NCBI GenBank assembly: GCA_965637545.1
Contig: OZ281494.1
Span: 27,218,001 to 27,282,000, forward strand
Reading direction: 5' to 3'
Origin: Phallusia mammillata
Taxonomy: Eukaryota
DNA: 64,000 nucleotides
Below the pieces are notes generated by a model. The model was not told the origin of the DNA. It did no database searches and saw nothing but the letters and a program-made list of their open reading frames with translations. The position numbers were made by a program, and so were the translations under genes. Shown here piece after piece: positions 48,588 to 60,415 of this stretch (within the stretch, counting starts at the first letter, position 1; every line of letters starts with the position of its first letter).

Positions 48588-50887
48588 ATTTAAACTATGG
48601 GTTGAAACTTTATGTCGACATCCAGGAGACTTTGGCTTGCAGCATATTTTTCTTAGAAAATGGAACGATTTTGTGTAAAAATAGATTTATAAAAACTCTA
48701 AAAAACAACCTATAACACAAAACAATAATCCGAAAGTTTTCTTCAGCACAATTAGACACACTGTTACTCATACAAAACACACGCGCAACACAAAACTGTT
48801 AAACAACCTTCAATGATTATTTCACTCACTGAGATCCAGTGAGTAACTTACCTAGTGCTTGCGTGTGAATGGTGGAAAGGCATTCCTGCAGAAGTTGAAG
48901 AATCTCTCCAAGATACGGCTGTATGTTCTCCTTTGCTGCATTTGCTTTAAGTAAAGACCGCGTAATTTACGAGAGCAAAATTTAAACATTTTCTAGCATT
49001 TTAGTTCTACACATATTTTCCTTTTTTTACTTCGTGCTTCTAATACGCCATTGTTTTTTATTTATGGCTTAAACGCTTACTGTCCTTTCATAGATATCTC
49101 TCGTAACAAAATTTCAGTCTGTTTTACTCTTTGTAAATAGGAAACTACGAACGAATTAGGCTAAATGCATAACCCAAGCTTTTTATGCAATGACCAGGGT
49201 TATGTGATAATCCAGATGTTTTTTTTGGTAATAAACGGCTACGATTAGGATTTGCAATCTCTATGCCATTAAACGGATTCATATGTGTTTATATGAAATT
49301 CAACATTAAAATCCAATATAAATTTAGTTGATTGGGGAACTTCGAGTTTTTTTTTCTAGGCATATTTATTGTTCGTCCCCGCGCAAATTGAAAAACATAA
49401 CAAAGCATTGAAGCCAAAATACGTATTTTCCATGTTTACCGAATACTAACCTACTGCCCCGATGGCGCTTACAGCCAACTCCTTGGAGTGAATATCATTT
49501 GACGATCGAAGTGATGCAAGAAGATTCTGCGTGAGTTGGTCCAGGTACGGAAGAATGCCTGATTCTGTTACAGTTACAGGGAACAAAATGAAACTACTTG
49601 ACTGACTTTTTAACGGTTATGTTGCTATAAGTTATAAATAAGTTTATTGCTTATGTATGTTTACCTATTACCAAATGCTAGATAAACTTATTTTTCGGGA
49701 AAAAATGCGCAGGACCTTGAATGCACGGACAGACCAGAAAAAAATAGGGGTAATATTACTATTTCGTGACAACAAATTATTTTACCTTACTGCGATATGC
49801 TTTATGTTTAGATTAGATTATCGTCTTTCAAAGTTACTGCAATACAGAATACTATGAAAACTCAATTAATCCTTTCAGGGACGCCTCAAAGCATGCACCC
49901 CCAACAACTATTTGCAAATAAGGCGTTACATGTCGTTATACGCATGTCGTTATAGATCGTTTAAGGACTATGAAAAGGTCAAAAAATTCCAGAGCTGTTG
50001 AGGTTTTGAATCTTTTTATTTTTTTGCTTTGTACCTAGGTCTTCAACAAAATTTTCCAAAGCATAGTAAGCCCTTGTGATTCCTGAATCTTTGCCTCCAC
50101 CACTGAGTTGTTCAAGGAGTGAGAAAAGAATTGGCATGACTTGTGGTGCATACTTGCTTATGTCCGGCTAAAATTAAAGACAGAAACACGTTGAGAAAAT
50201 TTTTCTGCAGGATCAGCTTTGAAAACGGTATCGCAAAAAAGCTTCATGGTAACATTTTATCAAATAAGTTTCACTTACTGCAACATTCACAGCTTATATA
50301 AATGGTGAAACACTGTTTTGTCACATTATTTTATTGTGGTAGTTACCTGTAAATGCTCTGAAAACTGTCCCATGGCAAACATTGCAGCGTTTCTCACTTT
50401 TGGATGAGGATCTGTTGCACCTCGACAGACTGTCTCCACAAATGAATTTAAATGACTAGAAAATACACAAATAAATATTTTGAAGTTCTTATAAATTCTG
50501 AATCCCAACACAAATAACCACATAAATCGTTAAAAATACTGAGTCTTATCAATAGAAAGGAATTTTGAGAAAGATTTTACCAGCTTTGGCAAATGCAAAC
50601 AAGTATAATGTAACATGTTTTACTTGTTTTTGATAAATTCAGAAGTGCCCTCAGCAAGACAAGCAAGTGTGAGTAATAATCCTCTCTTATGTTCATCATT
50701 GCCTTGTGACAAGCAAGTTGCAACAAAAGGAAGCTGTGATAGAATGCATTGCTTAGTATTGAGGTAAATTTTATTCAGCATTACTTCATGGTTTTGCATA
50801 AGTTAGATTGCATAGGAACATCCACAACACTGCCTAAAAAGCCGAATTGCTAAGGTTAGATTGTCGACTTGGTATTATAGACTAGTG

Positions 50888-51147
50888 CAGGGGTGGGCAA
50901 ACTTTTCAGTGCAAGGGCCGCATTAAAAAGTTCTTAATCTTATGGGGCCGCATAGTATTTCACCAACGGCCGCCAATTGCTTGCTTGTTTTGTTTTAAAA
51001 TAACTGGTGTAAAGAATCAGGTTTATATCATATATATATATATATGTACTATTTAAAGCTGCCTAAAATGCTCATATTAATAATTTCTAACTTGGTGCAT
51101 AAATTCAGCTGAACGGAGCTCTTTCGTCTGCCTACGCCGCTGCCCTG
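50888..51147. mobile_element. hAT-like MITE inserted into the terminus of an older MITE
   Basis: Left TIR CAGGGGTGGGCAAAC, degenerate right end, exact 8-bp TSD GACTAGTG. Empty site at 10240-10247. Confidence 0.75.
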
Positions 51148-51482
51148 GACTAGTGGTTCCCAAACGTCAAGAATGCGGCGCATGAACACCTGAGATTGCT
51201 TTTTATGACATATAACTTAAGTAAAAAATGAGCTTTTAAACGATTTAGTGCATGGCGCATTGCCACCGATCTGAAAACACTTGAATACAATGATGTAAAA
51301 CTGCCTTGAAATGCCGAGTCCTAAAAGGTTTGGTTTTCTGAGTTCTTGTGGTTGGTACCTTGTGGTTCTAAATCTCCGTGGCAGGTTAAAACACAGAAGG
51401 TGGTACTGACTCTAGGTAAACAAATAAACACTATAGAACCAATGTAAAAAACATGCACGGAACCACATGTAACCAAAGGTAA

Positions 51483-52300
51483 TGTAACGTCCCGTGAACG
51501 CGCCCCGGAACGTCACACGAGGGGGGATTGAAACGCGATTCCTAAAGGTCTCCAACAAGCAGTCCACACAGATAGGGTGTTTTGTAGATCTTATATTCAA
51601 ACACTTTCAATGAAGAATGAAGAGGACGGTGGGAGGCGATAGAAACGAATAGGAAACGGTTTCTACAAAGACATGCATTAGCACTGCGCTTTAAATGTAG
51701 GAATGTAACTTTAAGCTCACCAACTGTTATGGGAACCGGAAGAAAACAAATAACATGGGCGATTCCAGAAATCACTGGCACACGCCTAAATACACAATAA
51801 AACATGAGACCACAATATGCCATTATGACGTCATACACAATGCTTACCAAGCTATGTAGAGCAACAGTGTAGAAAGTCACGCTTCACGTGAGTATCGTAC
51901 AAGAACGCTGCGTAAACAATTACAACTTTAGCAACTTGAATGAACCCAACTACACGTACAGTACGACTATAAAAAAGGGAAATGACATTTTAGGTCAAGT
52001 CAACAGAGGTTAGCATTCATTATGGTAATTCACAATATTGAGTCATTAAACACATATATACAAAGTGACTCACCAATAATCGTCAACACGACAATATACA
52101 GCTTTTCTACAACAACCGACGCAGCACCGTGCTCCACGGAAGTCAGCAACGAAAAGAACTAAACCACGTTGCGTTATCACACAAATCTGGTAGTCGATTG
52201 TTACGTCACACAACGCACTAGGCTACAAAACAAGTTGTATATAGTGAAGAAAAGCGGAAATCAATAGAAATCGGCAATTACTGGCAAATAAGATGTAACA
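51483..52300. mobile_element. Probable solo LTR (818 bp)
   Basis: Present only in unit 4; TGTAAC...ACA termini; 5-bp flanks GGTAA/GGTAC where the other copies have a single GGTGC. Confidence 0.65.
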
Positions 52301-55300
52301 GGTACCGTGCCCCAATGGAAACTTCTGTTAACTACAGAAGTACTCCAGCCAATAAAAACATGAAAGAAACTATGTCATCGATACAGCATGAGTGATTCTT
52401 AAACGGTGTGCAAAACACTAGTGTACCCCGATAGATTTTTAAGTGCCGCAAATTTAATCAGTTCAAACATTTCCTGGTGTTTTAGCATTTGATTACTAAA
52501 TGCATGACAACGTATTGAAGCTCATTGTTTTTGTGGTTTCCATAAAAGTAATCTTAGCCATCACAATAAAGTTGCAAAATAACCATTTTTAACAAGTTAT
52601 GTTCACCTACAAAGCGTGCCATGCAATAAAATATTAGTTCATTAATGCGGCGCATTTTTCAAAAGTTTGAGAACCACTGGCCTACAGCGCTTGACGTGAA
52701 AAGATTTTTGCTTGAAATTTATTTGTTTTTTTGCAGATTCTGGTCGATAAGGAATGGTAAAAAAGAGCTTTGACAATGCATGCTTTTTGATTTTATTGAG
52801 TTTAATTGCAAATAAAAACGCACCATAAATTCGTGTATATCTGTAACTATTCAACCGAAAGTTTTTTCTTGTGAACCGTTTAACGCAAGAGGACATATGT
52901 TGGCTTTATGTTATTGCTGAATTTACATTAAAGTGGTTTTAGGTCGAATGCACAAAAAATTATGAATGAAAGTTTTAAATGCAGCAGTGGACAGAAACGT
53001 CAGTTACCCAAACGAATAATAATAACAAACTATACATTAACACTATCATAAAGCTATGTTGCAATGATGCTTGCTGTGTAAAAAATGACAAACGTTCTGT
53101 GCACGAATGAACTATTTTTCAACAAAAACGATGGACCTGAAGTATGGAAAAATGTAGCACTCTACCTGCGGCAGGGCGTTGATATTGATTGCTAAGTGTG
53201 TGTTGTGTTCAATCGTCAGTCATCTTTGTAACTCCGCAGGCAAAGTGTGCTGTAACTACACAAGGCGTTTTGTGTTCGTCTTGCCAAATGTGTTGGATGT
53301 TTGGCAGCAAACAAGTTTAGGCTTTAGCATGGTACTATGTTAGCCCACAAGTACAGTATGTTAGGATATGTTTGAGTAGCCTTTTTGGATGGTGTCGATT
53401 GGAGCGGTTGCAAAACACGCACTTGTAAATGCAATTGAGAAACATGCGACTATCAGAGCCAAATTGAGTAGACTCAATAAACTGCAAGTTGAAATTCAGG
53501 TTGTATGAGCCATCATGAACCGCCACAACATAAATATCAACGACGACTTTGGTAAGTACAATAACGTCAAACATTCCCCAAAATGCTCCCCAATGACAAA
53601 AACTTTTCCCGCCGTTGCAACCGTTGCGCCATTGTATCATTGTTACGACATAACTGCAAATCTTCTATATGTCTCAATTTTAAGGTTTTTGTCTAAACGT
53701 GTAGTAAGGTTGTTGTTTGTGGTAGTTAGTTGTGACAGTTTAAAGTTGTGCTGTAGTGGTTTAAATTACATATTATACTTATAATTTATGAGTTAGTTTA
53801 TTTTGACTGTGTGTAGTGCAAGGTACTTTATTCTATTTGGTTTAGGACCCAAACCTAAACTTTAGGTTGTCGAAAACCAACGTCCTCATTCTAGAGACTG
53901 AAGGGTAGAACTAGTAAAAGTCAAGTGACTGAACAGTAGAACTAGCAAAAGTCAAGAGACTGAACGGTAGAACTAGCAAAAAGCTTGTAGGTTACGGTTA
54001 GATTATAACGAATGATTCGCAGCGTCTTATTATCATAATAACCATTGCGACTACAACTCAAGAGCCGCACTGTGGTGGCTGCCTTCTCAAAACGATGACA
54101 GGATCTCCAGGTTAGAAGTTTAGAACAGGTCTTTTGTTTTGGATTTTTCGAAAGGTCGTGGTTGATTTACTACACATCCGATTGCTTTGGCCCATTTCAT
54201 TTTAATAAGGTGACATATACGATCACCAAACTGTTCCCGATTAAACCTATTGAATGGTTGCTTGTAACAAATATGTGCGAACATGTCATTGTAAACATGA
54301 TATATTGCTACGGCAATTGTTTTCTATTGCCACGTCTACAAGTCGTCACGATATCGAACTGTACTTTTATAGTTTATTTTTTATTGGGATTTCAGGTCAG
54401 ACGTTTTTTAATTGTTTGATAAACTAGTCATCATAGTGCACCATCAGAGAGTCAAATTCATTTTGTGTCATTAATCACGATTTAAACACGATTTAACTGT
54501 TTCGATCATGATGTGATTGCAACATATCATACCCATGTTTACTCTGAAACGTTGTTTAACTATTAGAAGCTTTAAAATATTACTGTTGAAAATAAACCTA
54601 AATTATGAATACCAAAATATAGTCTGTGAATCCACGACGTATAGATATTGCGAAACAATGTAAGCAAGTGCAATTTGTCTTGTATTTTTGTTAACTGATA
54701 GTTTTTGGCAATTATCTTGCTTATTTAAGTACAGTCTTTGCATATTTTGCGTGACTAACGTTTGCATGTGACGTCGCACATTCTGTACTGACGTAACTCA
54801 ACGCTAAGGCCAACCAAAAAAGATGTAAAAGCATCATTCGCTTTCGCCACCACTTTAGATTAAGAAAGCAACAATTTAAACAAAACCGAAAAATTTAGTT
54901 ATACAGCTGTAAGAGGTTTTAGTAACTAAAAATATTGTGTTCACATATGTATTTTTCAAGAAAAATATCCGTTTAGCGAAATTTACGAACATAATGACGG
55001 CATATTGTCAAATCTAACGTCTTGTTTTGAAATGTAAACACGATCGTGCTTAGAGCATTGTAATGACTCCCAATTTTCTCATACGATTGAAGAAAAACGC
55101 GAAAGCTGTGCTCCAACCTTTATGACCTTTGTTTGCCGTAAATGGACAGGTATGTTTCTCTAACTCGACACCATCGGTATTTACGTGCGGATATGACGAA
55201 AAAACGACGCAAAATACTAAACTATTATTGCACTTGCGTTTTTTTCTATCCTGCACGCTTTCTGTGACTCCAGACACGACGTGGACGAACTTACTCATTT

Positions 55301-55508
55301 TACGTCGCGTTATTTGAGCAACGTGCCGCTCAGGGCGTGTCACAATTGACAAACTCTTGAAAAAACATGGAACAAGTCTTACCGGAATGAACTCAGTTTC
55401 CTAGACTTCCGTCAGTCGTACAAAAAGACTAGACAGCATATCTGAATATCAGAAACTAGTTTGCAAGACCAAACAACTTTGACTTCTGCCAAAATATCAA
55501 GTTCGAGT

Positions 55509-56825
55509 ATGGTGAAATGTCTTGTTTTTATGGCTTGGTTAGTGTTCACCGGTGTTGGCTTCTCCATCGGACAAGTGTAAGTTAAATAAGATTGATTTTA
55601 CAGGCTACTAGTGCTATGCTTTGCAATTGTGTTTTTATTCTGTGTTGTAATTAAGTGCTTTAGGCTACACGACTTTGTACGCTTTCAAAACATGCATTGT
55701 AGAATTATCTGGGTTAATTAATTAAATATCCGTTCATGTTTCGAAATCGTTTGATGAGAGGTAAAGTACGATTTAAAACATGGTTAAGTCTCAAATGACT
55801 GCACAGTCTAGCTCGTTAAGTGTTGAACGCCGTGTACCCAACACGTTCTACTATGATAGCAAAACACAAACATTAGCAATTTATTTTTAGTCTTGATTTC
55901 GACGAATATGTGAAATTGGATGAAAAACTTCACAAGGATGCAGATTTTCGCAGCAGCCTCGAGACAATAAATAATGAAACTGCTGGTCAACATGCCATGC
56001 ATAATGTTGATTCGAAATGCCTTAGAATATTTCGGGACCTACTGCAAGGGACGGACCAGTCTATGGGAGCCAGATCCCTTTCTCCCTGTCGATATGTGAA
56101 AAATTACGACAGTCGAAGGTACACAGAAGTTAATAATTGTTGATGTTTGTACATTTTGCAGTAATTGCTTGAAATCTAAAGTAGCCTGACTGCTTTACAC
56201 AACTATATCACTTGAATATGAATTCTGAAAGCATTTTTCTGTTGAATTTGTACCTAAAACAGATTTAAGAAATCCTTTCCGTAATCGAATAAAAATATTT
56301 TGCAATATGTTTATCCCCGCTGCTGCTAAGTTTAAATTAAAATTTTTCACCAAACACTTTTTGCAAGGAGAAATTCCCTAAATGTTTCCAAAATGACCAA
56401 AATAGTTTACAGTTCGCTTTCAAAACTGTGGAAATGCAAAAATAACTGGAAATCGTGCAAAGTGCTTTTTGCCATTGCCTAAGCGTGCGAACTATTTGCA
56501 TAATTTCCTTATTTGGACTTTCTTGTCCAACCACACTTCTGTAAAAATCAGACACCTTTGCATATTTCCGGACAGAGCGCCGGAAAACCGTTACATACTG
56601 GACACAGCTTGCGTCTGTCGCGGATGCTTTGTTGAAAACGGGGCATCATCTTTTGTCTACACTGAGAGTCTGATCAGCAGACCTATCCCCTTCAGTCGCA
56701 ACGTACGAGCAATGGATTACACATCTGTACCAGTCAAAGTCAACCTGGGCTGCCATTGCGTGTTTCCAACCACGAGAAGTTCACCCAACATTGTGGATGA
56801 CTCTGAAATATTATTGTTTTCGTAA
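55509..56825 (+). CDS. IL17: IL-17 class a, copy 4 (~181 aa; divergent signal exon; SPW>SPC)
   Basis: Exons 55509-55576 (MVKCLVFMAWLVFTGVGFSIGQ), 55891-56118 and 56576-56825; full-length C-terminus. Confidence 0.85.
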
Positions 56826-58112
56826 AACAATATGCTTATAATTTGCTTCGTTAACTTTATAAAGTTCGTTCTACGAAGGAAATCCTTATGTCAGTTTGAA
56901 ATTCCAAATAAAATACTTTTGTCAAAAATATTACCGACTGCTGATTCAGTGCGCCAATTATTTTTAGAACGGTGTTATAAAGTTTAGTATTGGGCACCTT
57001 AGTATAAGCATAGCGAAAATAAATCCATCAAAATCAAACGACCAGTGATATCAGGGTATGACTTTTGGGTGATTTTCTTTTCTACGCTCTGGTACAGAAA
57101 ACTTTCGAGGGTGGTCATACATTACATCCCTTCAGTAACTATAAACTTACCTCAAATCTAAAGAAATACAGCTAGTTAGACTTGGATTAAATTAGGTTTT
57201 TGAACGACCGCAGTGTGTTTTAAGAATTTATTTTTCGTTGTCAAACAAATGTGAGAAATGCACAGGCCATGTAGGTCCGGTGTTGAAACCGGGTAGCCTA
57301 TTGTAAAAAATGCTCACGGGTAGGTCGTCTGAGGTTTCATAATAATTATAACAATAAAATCAACACAAAGACCTAGTTGTTTATGCTCTTTGCGCCTTCT
57401 ACCGGAAATTAGTAATCCTGGTTACTGTGCGTTCTTACGTTAGTAGCTCTTCCGGGTTTGAACCATAACTCCATGCGACGTTTTGTTCCTTGTCACGTTA
57501 CTATGCTTATAGCACACGTTCATGTTTTGAAAACGGTTGATCCTTTAATGAGTCGAACTAAAGTACAATTTAAAACATTAGTTAGTCAAAATTAAAATAA
57601 ACTGACTGCACAAGGCAACCTCATAAAACTCCGGTTAAGTTTGGAACGCGGTGTAAATCGTTTCCATACCTGATTCCTGCGTATTGTAGTCCTCTATGTT
57701 TGTTTTTTTAACGCGTGTAACATTTTGAATTTTTCGCAATTTTTTGTGCTAAATTAATCGCAGCAATTTTATTATAGCAGATTTTTTTTATCTTGGAAAT
57801 TTTATTGCATAGTGTTTACGTCGCATCAATTTCATAGTGTTAACGTCAATTCAGCAGGAGCGTGTTTTGTTCACGTTTTGCTAAACAAGCTTTTTGGGGA
57901 GATTTTTTTTACTTCTTGCATAAAACTCTTTCTTGTAATTTTGGGTTTCCCAAGTTCTTTTTCTGTCCTGCAGGTTGCGAAGCATAATTCAAAATGTCCC
58001 TAAAATCGTCCATAACTGTAATTTTTATGTGCTGCTGTAACCAGAGTTACCAGATATGACTTTAAAGTGCAATTCTATAACTTTCATCCAGTGGCCTTGT
58101 GATTACGCGTGA

Positions 58113-58397
58113 TTGGAAATGTATATCGGGAAGACTGGAAGGTCACTCAACACCCGCCGAAAAGAACATCAACGGGATGTTGCCAACAGCGATGCGAAGA
58201 AGTCGGCTCTTTCCAATCACGCGGTATCACAAGGCCACCGTATTGATTTTAATGCAGCGTCTGTTGTGGCCCGTGAGCCCGACTACAGGAAAAGACTATT
58301 TCTTGAGTCATGGAATATTTACCAACAGGGCAACACAATGAACATCAAAACAGACGTGATGCTTTCAGCGTGCTACAGGCACATGCTTAAAGATTAG
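58113..58397 (+). mobile_element. Penelope-like GIY-YIG relic (copy 4)
   Basis: Same 94-aa frame as 27334-27618. Confidence 0.8.
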
Positions 58398-58541
58398 AGT
58401 TGGGCGCTTTTATTTTATTTATAACATCGTCCGATTAAATACACAGTAAAAAGAAAAATAGCTTAACACAAAAGAAACAGTTATGGCGAGTATAAAGTGG
58501 CGAATGTAAAAGCAAGACACAATCGAAAACTTTTGATTCAT

Positions 58542-59265
58542 TTAATTTAAATCTTTGTAGGAAAAGTCATTTTTCCACCTCAGCCAGTTTTTACTTTTGC
58601 GTTTTCGACCGCGTTTAGATTTTGGACGCGTAAAACAAACAGGTTTAGGGGCAGTTTTGTTTGATGGAGGTTCGATGCCTAGAAATTGACAAGTACATGC
58701 AAATGGGACCTGGACTGTTTCAATACAGCGACGGCGTTTGCCATACTCTTTTACCACCGTCATGGGCAAATACATTGGCACACTTCTCATACTCTTGTTT
58801 TCCCTTCCGGTGTCATAGTCGATGCAGCCGTCGCAAAGGCACTGGGCTTTTGATATGTACCTTGGTTTTCTAAAATGAAATGTTGAAAGTGACCATTTCT
58901 TAACTTTTTAGGTTTTAATTTTGTTTGAAACCAGCACTAAAAGGAAAAAAATCGTATCTTCTACCTCTTTTGGGCAGAAAAAAATCATACTTTACACAAA
59001 AGAAGATTGTAAAAATATTAACCATTACCTTCTCGCATCAAATTTCCAGGGTGACAAACTTCGTTGTCTAACATCTTTGGCTTTTCGTTTATATCGTTTA
59101 TTGAAACGTGGGCAGCTTTTACTTTGGACCGATCTCTTTTCGCGACCAACAGAGTCCACGTCATCGCTAGTGACGTTCACCACTTCTACTGTTTCCATGA
59201 GTTTCGGATCTTTGAGTAGAAGTTCTTCAAACTGATAGTATTCGTTTAACGGTCCAGCCAAAACC
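58542..59265 (-). pseudogene. IL17: IL-17 class b, copy 4, lacking exon 1 and promoter
   Basis: Exon 2 (59265-59029) has a 12-nt deletion (SPWKFDARR); exon 3 is 58869-58542. At 59380 the sequence jumps to the equivalent of ~30207, deleting ~1.6 kb including the signal-peptide exon. Confidence 0.85.
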
Positions 59266-60415
59266 CTGTAATTAATAGATAGCTGTTTGTATAACAAGTT
59301 GGAGGTTGTAATTGACAATTCACGCGTGTATATTCTGTGTTCCCAGCAAAGTGAAGTTTTTTTGGCATAAAGTAACACAAGGCACGCGTGCCCCTGGTTA
59401 AGAACCCCTGACCTACAGTCTCCATCGACGTGATTTTCGTTAACCTGTGGTAACAATACAACGAACATTTATACCGCTAGGTGTCGCTATTGCACAAAGT
59501 TTTATCTGCGTAGACGAGGGCAGGGAGTTAAAGCACGCAGCATTGACACAAAAACATGCATAAACCGTTTATTTCAACATATGAACAGCACCAACCATTA
59601 AAGGCAACATGTATATGCACAACGCATTGATTGGAACTTTTAGTCGAGCAAACGCGCTGGGTGAAGTACACGGTCTTTTAAGCAATTCAGGTTAAATATT
59701 AGTAACAAGAGTTGTAAGAGATTTTTTCACAATACCGTACATTAGCTGTGTGCAGGTTTACAATAAACGTAATATTGTATGAACACGGTCATAGAGAAAT
59801 ACAAACAACCCAATAGAACGTCCTCGCCTAGTTAAAAAAGCTACATGAAAGGATGGTCATGCTTGTTTGTGCAAGAAAATTGTAAGTTTGTTTATGACCA
59901 CGATGGAGACGTCTCTAAAACAACAGAAACGAATTTAACTTACAGAATGTCCAACGCACAAATCATAAGAAAACAAAAAACAGATAAATAATTAGGAGAG
60001 ACCATCTTTGTACAAGAAGAATAACATTTTGCACAATAAATAAACTATGTAATGCGGTCAATGATAACATTTTTGTACATTGCCTATTATATTCTTGCTA
60101 TTTTGCTATTTGAACATTTATAGCCAGGACATGACTAAGTGCCTAGGATTTTTTAATGGGCCAGCTTGAAATGGCAGTCAGTGGTCAATCTGTTGAAAAT
60201 AATACTCATTAGAAAAACGACAAGGCAAATACAGCTTTTTGTATTACCACTGACAGATTGCAATACCCGTTTCAAGTTTACATGTACAATTGTAAGTCCC
60301 ATGTTTATCCAGCAATGGATTTACATTGTGGCTAAATGTAATATATGCAAGCGGTATGGAGCCCCTTAACGCTACATGCATGACGAAGAAAAAAGTCATT
60401 CTCACGAGCATGTTA

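Larger units (their letters stand above)
31620..50733 (-). pseudogene. IPO4: Importin-4 partial copy (17 exons, ~717 codons; 5'-truncated, +1 frameshift)
   Basis: Exons 50733-50624, 50455-50347, 50167-50035, 49564-49451, 48944-48852, 47692-47569, 47019-46908, 46635-46530, 46158-46022, 45946-45843, 45583-45429, 34657-34574, 33693-33571, 33447-33317, 32974-32761, 32375-32198, 31747-31620. Motifs DPHPKVRNAAMFAMGQFSEHLQ, DPDLRRAA, ENSYMDKKADAC, KAACQD...AEYD, AERSFGAGTIAE, DSEAEVRNN match importin-4. All intron phases close except one extra base at 45919-45920. Upstream exons are replaced by the duplication junction at ~50814. Confidence 0.85.
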
